Shown in pieces: positions 11,357 to 24,604 of a stretch of 64,000 bases of DNA (positions are counted from its first letter, which is position 1; each line of letters opens with the position of its first letter). The notes under the pieces were generated by a model. It worked only from the letters and a program-made list of their open reading frames with translations, had not been told where the DNA came from and made no database searches. The stretch is from Heptranchias perlo (taxonomy: Eukaryota). A program made the translations under genes and the position numbers. The stretch lies in the NCBI RefSeq assembly GCF_035084215.1, contig NC_090334.1, positions 62,744,001-62,808,000 of the forward strand, in the 5' to 3' direction.

Positions 11357-12479
11357 ATTGTGAGCAGCAAATACAGTATGCTAAATTGAAAGAAGTACAA
11401 GTAAATCGCTGTTTCACCTGGAAGAAGTGTTTGGAGCCTTGGCCGGTGGGAAGGGAGCTGGTGAAGGGGCAGGTATTGCATCTCCTACGCTCGCATGGGA
11501 AGGTGCCGTGGGGAGGAGAGTAGGTGTTGGGGGTGATGGAAGAGTGGACCAGGGTGTTGCGGAGGGAGCGGTCTTTTTGGAATGCTGAAAGGGGAGGGGA
11601 GGGGAAGATGTGTTTGGTGTTGGGATCGAGCTAGAGGTGGCAGAAATGGCGGAGGATGATATGTTGAATGTGGAGGCTGGTGGGGCAGAAGATGAGGACA
11701 AGGGGACCCCATCATGGTTCTGGGAGGGAAGGGAAGGGGTGAGGGCAGAAGTGTGGGAAATAAGACGGACACGGTCGAGGGCCCTATCGACTACAATGGA
11801 GGGGAATCCTCGGTTGAGGAAAAAGGAAGACATATCGGAAGCACTGGTGTGGAAGGTGGCATCGTCAGAACAGATGCGACGGAGACGGAGAAACTGGGAG
11901 AAGGGAATAGAGTCCTTACAGGAAGCGGAGTAGGAGGAAGTGTAATCAAGGTAGCTATAGGAGTTGGTGGGCTTAAAATAGATATTGGTTGACAGCCTAT
12001 CCCCAGAAATGGAGATAGAGAAGTTGAGGAAGGGAAGGGAAGAGTCAGAGATGGATCATGTGAAGGTGAGGGAAGGATGGAAATTAGAAGCAAAGTTGAT
12101 GAAATTTTCCAGTTCGGGGCGAGAGCAGGAAACGGCATCGATACAGTCACCAATGTACTGGAAAAAAAGGTGAGGGAGGGAACCTGAGTAGGACTGGAAC
12201 AAGGAATGTTTCACGTATCCCACAAAAAGGCAGGCATAGCTGGGACCCATACGGGTCCCCATAGTGACACCTTTTACTTGAAGGAAGTGAGTGGATTCAA
12301 AGGAGAAGTTGTTCATTGTAAGAACAAGTTCAACCAGGCGGAGGAGGGTGGTAGTGGATGGAAACTGGTTGGGCCTCCGTTGAGGGCAAAAGCAGAGAGC
12401 CCGCAGGCCGTCCTGGTGGGGGATGGAGGTGTAGAGGGACTGGACATATTATTAGTTAATCGCAGAGTTTTATTTGGTG

Positions 12480-12675
12480 GTTTTAGTCAAGGGAGGAATG
12501 TTGACAAATCTTAGTTTTGAATAGTGCCATGGAATCTTTACCGACCACCTGAAAAGACAGACAGATCCTCAGTTTAACAAACTACCTTCAACATTGCCTC
12601 AGAACTTCACTGGAGTGCCAAGTCCCGAAGTAGAGCTTAAAGCAAGAGTGCTACCAACTGAGTCAAGCTGACACC
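12480..12675 (-). mobile_element. DeuSINE (SacSINE1-like) fragment
   Basis: Its reverse complement matches the head and Deu core of the full SINE at 50335-50790. Similar fragments lie near 7390, 19220 and 33450. Confidence 0.7.
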
Positions 12676-12937
12676 TTTCTGGAGATATATGGAGGAAAAT
12701 GTATTCACTTAAAAGAGAGTATCTGACCATCCAATGATTTTTTCCTCCAAAATGCAGCAAACAACAAGCTAGGCATAGACAAGAGTAGATCCTTTAACTG
12801 CAGCAATATGGTGAGGATATTACAATTCAAAACGATTTATGAGTTCCATTACCCTTTGGTTTGTCAGGAAAGAACTAATGATTGAAGTTCTTTGCAGTGT
12901 TTGAATAAACGTATCATTGATTGATTTTTCAAAGAAG

Positions 12938-13590
12938 AGTCACCTCCTGACTCCCCAAAGCCTTTCCACCATCTACAAGGCACAAGTCAGGAGTGTGATG
13001 GAATACTCTCCACTTGCCTGGATGAGTGCAGCTCCAACAACACTCAAGAAGCTCAACACCATCCAAGACAAAGCAGCCCGCTTGATTGGCACCCCTTCCA
13101 CCACCCTAAACATTCACTCCCTTCACCACCGGCGCACAGTGGCTGCAGTGTGTACCATCCACAGGATGCACTGCAGCAACTCGCCAAGGCTTCTTCGACA
13201 GCACCTCCCAAACCCGCGACCTCTACCACCTAGAAGGACAAGAGCAGCAGGTACATGGGAACAACACCAACTGCACGTTCCCCTCCAAGTCACACAACAT
13301 CGCGACTTGGAAACATTTGCCTGAGGAAGGAGAAAATCTCCGAAAGCTTGTTGTGAATTTAAAATAAAATTGCTGGACTATAACTTGGTGTTGTAAAATT
13401 GTTTACAATTGGAAATATATCGCCACTGGGTCAAAATCCTGGAACTCCCTTCGTAACAGCACTGTGGGAGAACCTTCACCACACGGACTGCAGCGGCTCA
13501 AGAAGACGGCTCACCACCACCATCTCAAGGGCAATTAGGGATGGTCAATAAATGCCGGCCTCGTCAGCGACGCCCACATCCCATGAACGA
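12938..13590 (+). mobile_element. Non-LTR retrotransposon 3' end (CR1/L2 group, Crack/Zenon-like)
   Basis: It encodes TIYKAQVRSVMEYSPLAW...IQDKAARLIG and has a 3' stem with AATAAA. Related copies lie at 18085-18885 and 32990-33195. Confidence 0.75.
13314..13408 (+). mobile_element. Penelope-like terminal-repeat insertion with a hammerhead core (13321-13349) and TSD TTGGAAA
   Basis: The TSD lies at 13307-13313 and 13409-13415. The core reads CUGAGGA-A-GGAGA-AAA-UCUCC-GAAAGCUU, and the tail is the same as in 3185-3287. Confidence 0.8.
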
Positions 13591-14204
13591 TTCAGCTGGT
13601 CAGGTATCCCTCACAAGTGAACTGAAAGGTGGCTTACGACAGTTTTAGTGTTGACCAGTTTCATTTGAAATTTAGTTTTTACATAATAACATACCACACA
13701 ATTGGGCTACGGTGCTGTTTTCTGATATCTTCCCTCATCCTTATTAGCTTGAAAATATCACACTGAACTACCGGTGATAAGCAGTTGGGGGGTGAAAGCA
13801 TGACAGAAGAGAAGGATATTCAGGAGGCTTTTCAGGCAGGGTGTGAGGTGACAAGGCAGAGGTTCTAGGAGAGATTGTTCCATTACAATAAGGACAGGTT
13901 TTTAAAATTATTTTGACAGAAAGTAACAAGTATAAGTACATACAATAGTAGCAATTCTGTTGCCAACACCACAACATTAAAACTATACTGCTCCATTTAA
14001 AAGTCTTCAACAAAATATCTTTCATTATTTAGTTTGATGATGACAGCTATTACAAGACAATGCCAGTCTTATTGCTTCACCGGTGATCCGGAAAGTAACA
14101 TTATACTAGTAATTTTCCAACTTAGGGCTCCCAGCAGAGACCCTCACCTGCCAGAAGTGCCTATAGGAAATTCGGGCACATATTGTGCATATTTTTCCAC
14201 CTAT

Positions 14205-14590
14205 TAGAGTGGGTTTTTGAGGAGGGGGTGATTATGACAATTTTGAAAGGGAGATGGTCAGAGCTTGAGAAAAGGGAGACTTCAACAATTTCACTAACCT
14301 TGGAGGCCAGGGGCGGTAGTTGAGTAGTCAGGAGTTGAATGGGGAGGTGATTGACTGAACAAGAGATGGGCCTCATGGAAGAGAAAAGGGCAGCACGGAT
14401 GGGAGATAATGTGCAGAGTGACAGGGGGTCAGGAGTAGGATGTGTAGGAAATTGGGGGGAGATCAGGTGTGGGGGGAGAGGGAGCAGAGGTACCAGAAGA
14501 GGCAGCTCCATGATGGTCTCAGTCTTAGAAATTAAAAAATCCAGAAGCACTTCACCCTTGGTAACGGAGGTGAGGGTGGAAGGATGGGGA
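14205..14590 (-). mobile_element. L2 LINE ORF2 relic
   Basis: The minus-strand peptide RPISCSVNHLPIQLL...IVEVSL..S..LPFK..IITP resembles the L2 pre-RT region. Confidence 0.6.
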
Positions 14591-17470
14591 AAAGAAGATT
14601 GCAGAGACAGTTTGTCATGGGTTGTCCTTGTCTTTGAGGATATTCCTGGAGTAGAAGGAGGATTTGACTGAGAAGAGCAAAGCCTGGTAAAACTTGACAT
14701 GGTCGAACGAAATCTGACAATGAATGACTAAAATAAGAATAGAAAATGCTGGAAATACACAGCCGGTTAATCATCATCTGTGAAGAGAAAAGTCAAGTTA
14801 ACATTCCAGGCATTCATCCTTAAAACTGAAAACTGTTAGATCAGCAAGTGTTTTAGTAAGGTTGGAAAAAATTGAGAAAAAGGAGAAGGGTGAATAACAA
14901 CAGACTCCAATCACAGAGAGGAAGTTAATGCGTACAGGCACAGCAAAGATGCCTGCCCCAAAGGCAGTCCAAAAGATTAAAACGGCGCTATGCCACTCCG
15001 AGGGAAGTAGCAAGAAGCCCTTGAGGGGCTGAAGATTCAAAGGTTTCTTGTCCCTGCAGGGATTATATGGGCATTTTTGTAAAGGTAATTGATCCCCTCT
15101 GAGATTAATGACTTATCTCTCTTTGTGTCTTGGGAGCTTTACTAGGCCCAGAACAGAACTCAAGTCAGTTCTCAGCCCTCATATTTTTCAGCAAAGTCTT
15201 TTCTTCCTGTCAGCTGAAGTTATTGTAACCCTGGTGCAGGGTCATGACCTTGTAAACCCACCTCTTCCTGCGACACAACACAAAACTGTGCAGCAATTTA
15301 CATCACAACACCATATTAGCACAGAGGATGTTTGATGCTGAAACTGGATACAGAATTAAAAATAAAAGCTATTCACAACTAATACAGAAAATAACCTTCA
15401 AAAACATGTCACAAATAAAATTGTTATTTAAGTGGCAAACCATTTTTAACTGAGCTATCCTTTCATAGAAAATTGAGCTTTGTTCCAGCTCCATTAATGA
15501 CACAATACCACTAATTAAGAATGCAATGTCATCAAAGAGAAGGGATTGAAAGGTGATTCATTGAACTAAAATACAACTGAATTTGTTAAAGAAAATTAAA
15601 GGCCTAGTAGACCAGGGGCTTTCTTTGTTCCAAAGCTGTCATTTTACTGTTGCTAAGCCATTTGATAAAACAATGGTTTGCTCTTTGAACCAATTGCTCC
15701 AGCTTTAAAATTTGGGGAGGAGGGGCAATATTATTGTGCATTGGTGAAATTAAATTAATAAATTCTTCACGCCACATCCATAAAGATGCAGTTCAAATGA
15801 CCTAATAATGAGTGTTAAAGGAGCTATCCGACTGTCAATAATCCTCATTAAAGGTAAAAAAAAATGTTTTAAATGTATGCCCCATTTACACTATATACTT
15901 GGCAACTGGGCCAGTAAAGATGTTAAACATGGGTATAATGCTGCCAATTGATCAGATACTATCATTGGCACTGCTGGCAAAATGAGTTGGAGAGATGGTC
16001 TTGCACCATTAGTGCTATCAGCTACATTGTTAGTGTGGAGCTGACCTTTTAATAAAATTAAAATCATGATAATTCCACAATTACTTCTCAATATTGTTTT
16101 TTTTTAACAAAGGGGATTGCAGACTATCCCTATTGCACCCACCCATCTGATATCTATACTATTCTCCTGCAGAAGGAAGACAGGATAGCCCAGCTCAGTC
16201 CCACCTAATGACATCACAGTCAAAAGTGCCTCTGATTGAAACTATTCATCATCATCAGTCAACTATTATCAGAGCTTGTCTGCTCTTTCATTGTCTTGTT
16301 CTGTACTGTAGCTGCGTCATGGTTTGCAGGTTGTGGGATGTCGTTGACTAATTCAAGGATTATCTCATTCGCCCTTTGATGGCATTGCCTCCATCAAGGG
16401 TCCCACTCCCCTCCTCCAGGCGCTCATCCACCTGCAGCCGTTGACACTTTCTGGACTTGGCCAGGTTACTTAACCGGTGCCCGGCTCTCGGTGTTGACCA
16501 GTCGCAGGTACCACCGTCTACTGCCATTATTGTAATAGAGTTTAACACCTGACCTGACTTGTAGTCTATTTATTATGGGACACACTTAAGTGGTTCAGGG
16601 AGGATGAACCAAGCTTGTCCAGCTTGTGTTCATTCCCAAATATAAATCCATAAAGACTTCCTCCTCTGAAGGAAGTCAAAGTGCAAACATTGGTTAGACT
16701 CTGAAGTTAAACTTAGTGTACCAGCCAGGAATCCAAACCACAGTGTTGTGGCTGTGTACTGTAACTATTCAGCTATGGAACAGTAGCAAATAGACAACCT
16801 CATTCAGTCTGTAATCATGAAAATAGCTGGATTAAATTACGCCATCCAAGATCCTTGCGTATAAATTAACTGAATTCAAATGGGTTGAATCTAAGTTTTT
16901 AATGAATATTCACCTGCCATTACAATCCTTCTTGTTTTCACCTTCATAACATTTTTTCTACCACAGAGATAGTTTTACCACCTTATACCAAAAATGTGTG
17001 TGTTCAGATGGACAAATTAAGCACCCATGAATAATTTAGTAATCACAAAGCTCTTTATTATCAGCTGATCTGGGTTTCATCTCGTAATCTATGCATTATG
17101 GAGCTGAATGTGTTGGGTGCCTTGCTGAATGCGTTGTATAAATTAATGGAAAAGATTCATATGCCTCACATAGGTCATATGATAAAAGCAATGGAACTTT
17201 AAGAAGCATTGTTGCAGTTTCTGCAAACTGATTGATTGAATGTATGGTCCTTACCTCAAATTAAACCACTGACAAAAGGATATCTTGAAAGCCATGCAAA
17301 AGGATTGATAGATAGCCATGCAAAAAGCCTAGGATGTAAAAAGTAAAACTGTTATCCTGACTGTCAATATAATATTGACTGATAAACAATTAATTATGAA
17401 TTAATATGCTGGAGCTAAAGATTCTTCAGGATTCTGTAGCCAAGTTCAGGAACGTTGCATACAAGATCAA

Positions 17471-17642
17471 GGCCCTGAAATTCAATAGGGCTACCACTGG
17501 TTTCCCGTTGTAACTAGAGTGGGAGATAGGCAGAAACCCCTTTAGTGGCCGTTTTCAGCCATTTATGCAATTTCTCTGAGGTTTCGATCGGTCTCGGTGT
17601 TCCGATGGGAGACCAGTGGCAGCTCCGCAGAATTTTAGGGCC
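17471..17642. mobile_element. 172-bp Tourist/Harbinger-type MITE
   Basis: The TIRs GGCCCTGAAATTC and GAATTTTAGGGCC match at 12/13, and a 3-bp TSD CAA lies on both sides. Confidence 0.7.
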
Positions 17643-17669
17643 CAAATCTCTCGGTGTGTGAGATGGTTA

Positions 17670-18040
17670 GGGACTTCGCTGATGGCTCAGTTTTTAAATT
17701 CACCGTGTGATGTATTACTGAAACAAATATACCAGATATATCCTGGATTCAATTCCTGCTCAGTGCTCAGTTAGCCAATCTCAGCTAAGGCAGCAGTGTA
17801 CCTCAGCTATGGAGGAAAATATCAGCTAGATCTGTTCCTGATCACTATCTAGTGCTCTCTGCTGGAAAGTGCACGTGTGTCGACACTGGATGTGCACAGG
17901 ATTAAGCTTGTGAACATTCCCAACAGTCGAATAAGCTTCCAATACTAACTGTCTAGATTTACTCTTTGACAAGATGCCAGAAGGCTACAATTACATGCAG
18001 ATCCATACCGTACAATAAGTCACAGCCCTCAGAAGAAAAG
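17670..18040 (+). mobile_element. Old tRNA-head SINE-like family (further copies at 27215-27373/31645-31850 and 46270-46650 on -)
   Basis: It has an A-box-like TGGCTCAG and a B-box-like G(G/A)TTCAAT. Shared blocks TTAGC..TCTC, GGAAAATCAG..CCTGATCACTATC..GCTGGAAAGTGC recur in three copies. Confidence 0.6.
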
Positions 18041-18084
18041 TGAAAATATATTGTGAGACACCAATGATAAATATACCCACCTTA

Positions 18085-18885
18085 GACCAATACACACAGC
18101 TTGGGCTGACTAATGGCAGATAACATTCGTGCCATATAATGCCAGGTAATAACCAACCCAAACAAGAGAAAGCCCAGCCATCTCACCTGACCATCAACTG
18201 CACCACCATCGCTGGGTCCACCACTATCAACACCTTAGAGGGTCAACACTGATCAGCAGCCTAGCTGGACCAGCCATATCAAAACAGTGGCTACAAGAGT
18301 AGGGCAGAAGCTGGATACTCTGCGATGAGTGGCTCACTTCCTGACCCTCAAACCCTCTCCATCATCTACAAGACTCAGTTCAGGAGTGTAATGGAATACT
18401 CACATGCCTGGATGGGTACAGACACAACAACATTCAACAAACTCAACACCATCCAGGACAGAGTAATTTGCTCGATGGGCACCCACCACTAGACTCAATA
18501 TCAATCCCCTTCACCACCGGAATACTGACTCCAGTACGTACGAGCTACAGAATGCACTGCGGCAACTTACCAAGGTTACTTCGCCAGCACCCACCTCCCC
18601 TGTGACCTCTACCACCAAGATGGACAAGAGCAGCAATGCTGTGGAAACACCATCACCTCCAAGTTCTCCCCCAAATCACAACCATTCTGATGTGGACATA
18701 TATGAGTTACTTCATTATTGTTAGGTATGTATCCTGGAACTTCCTACCTAATACCACTGTGGGAGCACCAACACCATGAGGATGTTCAAGGAGAAGGCCC
18801 ACCATCACCTTCTCAGGGCAATGAGGGGTGGGCAATAAATATGGCCTTGCCAATGTCGCCCACACTCCGACAACCTATTAAAAAA
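18085..18885 (+). mobile_element. Decayed non-LTR retrotransposon 3' end, same family as 12938-13590
   Basis: Colinear nucleotide similarity (ATCTACAAG..CAGGAGTGT.ATGGAATACTC, GCAATAAAT tail). Confidence 0.75.
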
Positions 18886-20399
18886 AAACACAAACATCTA
18901 ATAAAAACATATGCAACCAGAAAATGGACTTATGATTCTAAACATCTGTAATACACATCATTTTGGAATTGTGTTAACATATTTAATTTTACTCAGAATT
19001 AAAAACATATATTTTTGTTAATTTTCATTAGCCACATCATACAGATTTTCTTTTCTCTTTAACAAGATTTTTTTTATGTTCATCAAGGAAAGGGATGTTG
19101 GATATGAATGCTGGGAAATGGAGGTCTCCCTGTGTCAGGGACCACGGGCATGATTTTGACCCCGAGCCGGGAAGGGGGCAGAGGGGGTCAAATTGCGGAT
19201 GGGAAATCCGGAATGGTGCACTCCCTCAGTACTGCACTGAAGTATCAGCCTAGATTAACTGCTCAAGTCTATGGAGCGGGGCCTGAATCCACACCTTTCT
19301 GGCTCAAAGGCAACTACTGAACCAAAGCAGGCACCTTATGAATAGGATCTTAACTTAAAAGTGTTCTTTCTTATTTTTTCTCAGTTTATTTGCTCAAATT
19401 TCAACTGACAGCATAACAAAACCCAGAGAGCTGAAAATGATGTTTGATCAGTTTAGTCCAAATTGAATGGAGTTAACAAAAGTCTAAAGTGCCTTTTCAT
19501 CCAACAGTCTAAATATAAAACCTATAAAGTGTTTTATCCAAAGTATCTGAAGGTTAATGGACATCATCAGTAAGCAAATGAGTTGCAGTCTACTGTACAA
19601 TCCTTTACACAGATATGGATAGACAACAATGTGTCAACAGGGAGAGCTCGGCATGAAAAGAGGGAACAGATGGAAGGACACTGCAGACTTGATTTCTGCC
19701 CTGCCCTCAATTTCCAAAGTCATCATTTTGATGAATTTTCCCATTCCTCCTCCAGTCCAAGGGGTCCGGGACTTTCTTGAGTGGAGAACAGCATACAGCA
19801 GATTGCAATTTGACAGCTGGCTGGCTGAGGGCTGAGAACACAGGGATCTGGCAGAAATGCACCAGAGGGACTTGAGATATATTTAGCACTCTTGGCTGCT
19901 TCAGTTTAACATACTGAGATGTGCAAGCTGCCCTCTATTAATCTGTTAAAGAAAACATCCTGAAAGCAATAGGCAAACAGCAATGAACAGTTTCTATTGC
20001 TATATAGTTCAGTATGAAACAACTTATGCAAATATTATAAACCTCTTTTAAATGATGAGCAACTAACATATTCACTATGCGAAAGTAGCCCACTTTTTAC
20101 TTGACTATCCCATTTCTGAAACGAACTGAAATTATGGCTAATCTTCATTAGTTTCCAATCCCTTCCTCACAGTAGCATTTATTGTTTTATAACACACTGA
20201 CGTTAGAAATTGCCAGCAATTGTCTCCAAATTAGTTCTCCATAAGTTCAAAGTAATTACATCAAAAATGTTCAGCATTCCTTGTTCATCAACAACATGGG
20301 GGGGAGGTCACAGGAGTTGGCGGTTTCACCAGCAGCTGATGCTGCCTCCAAAATAGACCCGAGGAATATATGCATCAGAATATATTATTGAAACCACCT

Positions 20400-22625
20400 G
20401 CACTATTTCTCATTGTTTCCCATTGAGCGAGAGTCAGTAACACTGCGTGCACTGTTTCCCATTGACTGCGAGTAACACTGTGTGCACTGTTTTCCATTGA
20501 ATGACTGCGAGTAACACCATGTGCATTGTTTCTTATTGTGTGTGTGTCAGTAACACCGTGTGCTCTGTTACCCTTTGAGTGTCAGTAATACTGTGTATGC
20601 TGTTTCCCATTGACTGTCAGTAACACCATTTACACTTTTTCCCATTAAGTGTGTGTCAGTAACATCGTGTACACTTTCTCCCATTGAATGTGTGTCAGTA
20701 ACACCGTGTACACTTTCTCCCATTGAGTGTGTGTCAGTAACACCGTGTACACTTTTTCCCATTGAGTGTGTGTCAGTAACACCGTGTACACTTTTTCCCA
20801 TTGAATGTGTGTCAGTAACACCGTGTACACTTTTTCCCATTGAGTGTGTGTCAGTAACACCGTGTACACTTTTTCCCATTGAATGTGTGTCAGTAACACC
20901 GTGTACACTTTTTCCCATTGAGTGTGTGTCAGTAACACCGTGTACACGTTTTCCCATTGAGTGTGTGTCAGTAACACCGTGTACACTTTTTCCCATTGAA
21001 TGTGTGTCAGTAACACCGTGTACACTTTTTCCCATTGAGTGTGTGTCAGTAACACCGTGTACACTTTTTCCCATTGAGTGTGTGTCAGTAACACCGTGTA
21101 CACTTTTTCCCATTGAGTGTGTGTCAGTAACACCGTGTACACTTTTTCCCATTGAGTGTGTGTCAGTAACATCGTATACACTTTTTCCCATTGAGTGTGT
21201 GTCAGTAAAATCGTGTACACTTTTTCCCATTGAATGTGTGTCAGTAACACCGTGTACACTTTTTCCCATTGAGTGTGTGTCAGTAACACCGTGTACACTT
21301 TCTCCCATTGAATGTGTGTCAGTAACACCGTGTACACTTTTTCCCATTGAGTGTGTGTCAGTAACACCGTGTACACTTTCTCTCATTGTGTGTCAGTAAC
21401 AACGTATACACTTTTTCCCATTGAGTGTGTGTCAGTAACACCGTGTACACTTTTTCCCATTGAATGTGTGTCAGTAACACCGTGTACACTTTTTCCCATT
21501 AAGTGTGTGTCAGTTACACCGTGTACACTTTTTCCCATTGAATGTGTGTCAGTAACACAGTGTACACTTTTTCCCATTGAGTGTGTGTCAGTAACACCGT
21601 GTACACTTTTTCCCATTGAGTGTGTGTCAGTAACATCGTATGCACTTTTTCCCATTGAATGTGTGTCAGTAACACCGTGTACACTTTCTCCCATTGAATG
21701 TGTGTCAGTAACACCGTGTACACTTTTTCCCATTGAGTGTGTGTCAGTAACACCGTGTACACTTTTTCCCATTGAGTGTGTGTCAGTAACACCGTGTACA
21801 CTTTCTCCCATTGTGTGTCAGTAACAACGTATACACTTTTTCCCATTGAGTGTATGTCAGTACCACTGTGTACACTGTTTCCCATTCAGTGTCAGTAACA
21901 CCACGTGCACTGTTGCCCATTGAGTAAGTGTGAATAACACCTTGTGCACTGTTTCCCATTGAGTGTGAATAACACCTTGTGTACTGTTTCCTATTGAGTC
22001 AGTGTCAGTAACATTATGCACTGTTTCCCATTAAATGTGTGTAACACTGTGTGCATTGTTTCCCGTTGAGTGAATGTGAGTAACATGGTGTATAATATTT
22101 CCCACTGAGTGACTGTGGATAACACAGTGGACAATATTTTCCACTGAGTGACTGAGTAACATGGTGTTCAATCTTTCCTACTGAGTGACTGTGAATAACC
22201 CAGTGTACAATGTTTCCCACTGAGTGGCTGTGAATAACCCAGTGTACAATGTTTCCCACTGAGTGACTGTGAATAACCCAGTGTACAATATTTCCCACTG
22301 AGTGGCTGTGAATAACCCAGTGTACAATGTTTCCCACTGAGTGGCTGTGAATAACCCAGTGTACAATATTTCCCACTGAGTGGCTATGAATAATCCAGTG
22401 TACAATGTTTCCCACTGAGTGGCTGTGAATAACCCAGTGTACAATATTTCCCACTGAGTGGCTATGAATAACCCAGTGTACAATGTTTCCCACTGAGTGA
22501 CTGTGAATAACCTAGTGTACAATGTTTCCCACTGAGTGACTGTGAATAACCTAGTGTACAATGTTTCCTACTGAGTGACTGTGAATAACCTAGTGTACAA
22601 TGTTTCCTACTGAGTGTCAGTAAAG
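20400..22625. repeat. 39-bp minisatellite (more than 50 units) with two homogenised variants
   Basis: Unit A is TCAGTAACACCGTGTACACTTTTTCCCATTGAGTGTGTG (about 20650-21850). Unit B is GTGAATAACCCAGTGTACAATGTTTCCCACTGAGTG(A/G)CT (about 22180-22620). Degenerate units occur at the left edge and between the two blocks. Confidence 0.97.
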
Positions 22626-24604
22626 CCGTGTTGATGGGCATATTAAAAAAGACTGTTCCCTCATTGGTCTAAGTTCACCAGTGAGGTAGCAATCTTTTTC
22701 AACCTGCTAAGCCCCCAAATCTCATATGCTATAGCCAACAAAAGAAGAATCATATGTGAACAAGGGCACAAATAGAAGGAAAATGTACAACTCAGCCTAC
22801 AGGATTGTGTGCACTTGGGTCCATGCAAAACACCCTGCAAAGTTTGGCTAGAATTATGAAGAAGTCTATTAGTCGCATCTGTGTTGTCCGGTATTGCATT
22901 CTACTATAGAGTGCTTGACAATTGTGGGTCATTTGCAGTGGAGGTCCTAAACTCAATTGGAATATCTCTTATCAATGGTTAGGTTACTGCTGTTGAGGTC
23001 TTGAGCTCTAATCTACAAAAGACTCTTTTGTCTGGCTTCAATATGGTGGGAGATTGGACTTTGTGAACCTTGAGGCAGGGATTCACAGACCTCCTTGCTG
23101 CCCAGAGTTCTGCTGCCATGCAATGGGGGCATATCTAGGGTAATGCAGTGAAATTGGGCAGATCTGTCATGCCATTATCCATGCATGCATCAAACAGGTC
23201 ACTGGGGCAAGGCTAAGTCATGTTTCTACCGCTGGTCAATGAAATAGGAAATGTAGGTGATGGCCCTGCTGAATAAATCATAAATCACCTGCTTGATGCA
23301 TCGATGGATAACGAATTGGCTAATATTGCTTATGTTATCAGCAATTATGAAGCAGCAGTTGTCCTTGTGGAACTTGAGACAAAACAAGTACTTTCCCATT
23401 ACTGGATGGCGACAGGGGATGGACTTCAAAAACAGCAAATCCTGGACAAGTCAATGAATGACCAGCCTTGCTATCAATTTTAAAAAAAATCTTGGTATGT
23501 TATTTACCCCTCCCCCATCTCTAGCATGTGGTTGTATCCATTACACTCAGATTGCTTGCAGAGTGACACCAGTGAATTCCGAAGTTGTGGTCTGCTACGT
23601 GGTTGAACCTCTGCATTCAGCTGACAGAGTGATAGCTCCGGAGAACCCATAAACTCAACCCCAGGTTTCTTAGTGAGGAACAGGCCTCCAACATAAAATG
23701 TCAGAGACATTTCAAATGCACAAAAGGGTATGAATTAAATGTAATTATTTCCCTGTGTAATTTGTAACTTTTAGCGTAATTATGTTAGAAACTTAATAAA
23801 CAAGATTTACTGTTGAGGTCTATTTTTGGCCACTTTCCAGTAGTTCTGCGTTACATCTTCATTAATTAACCTCCATTTACTGCCTCATCTCATGCGTCTC
23901 GGGTTTCCAAATTGCTCAGATTAACAGAGGATATAATGTGTGTTTGCCTCCACATCAAATTGAAAACCTTCACTGTGCTTCCAATAACAAGGACGTGCGA
24001 CTCTCAAAGGGATTGTTGTGATCATGCTTCATTTCTCATCACACTTGCCCCATGAACTGTACTTTGCAGAGCACATTGCATGTCCTGATTAAGCCATAAT
24101 TGATAATCCTTTTGAGATTATCATCAATCTTCAGCATCCTGTTGATTGCCAAAAATACAAGACTTTCTTTCGGCTGTTTTTCAGAGAAGCGTTGTGTATC
24201 CATGATGCCCATGTTTCATTTTTAAACTGAACGATGGCTCCTCTGCTTACACAGAGCATTAAAGCAAATTTACTTCATGTTTCCTGAGCAGATAGTAAAT
24301 TAAAATAGCTTTTGTTTGGTTCATTCATTTCCTGACTGCGAGACCCATTTTCAAATCCAGGTCTCAATTAATGTGCAAGTTTTCCCTGGAAGAGGGGGTG
24401 GGGTTAGAAGTTTAGACTGCCTCCTTCCAGTTGTCAGAAGGTAGGACAGAAATCAGGCCAGATACCCATTCCTGTATTATTCAAGCACCATCTCCTGGTA
24501 AATTAATTTTTGATCGCTGTTCCTATGGAATGGGGTGCTAATGTAGGAGGAGGAAAGAATCAGACAAGCAGATAGTTGCAGAATAATTTGATTACTTTGC
24601 TTTT

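Larger units (their letters stand above)
10556..12445 (-). mobile_element. Penelope-like retroelement (RT plus GIY-YIG endonuclease), 5'-truncated and decayed
   Basis: Minus-strand fragments read QVKGVTMGTRMGPSYACLF, FQYIGD (decayed YIDD), LPFLD-like and IGETKRRLGDRFAEHL. The 3' terminal repeat carries a hammerhead. Confidence 0.9.

Noticed and set aside
20568-22561. Long periodic ORFs and a CRISPR-like appearance of the 39-bp array
   Set aside because: The units are head-to-tail with no unique spacers and no cas genes. The ORFs arise because the unit is a multiple of 3 and lacks stops in several frames on both strands.
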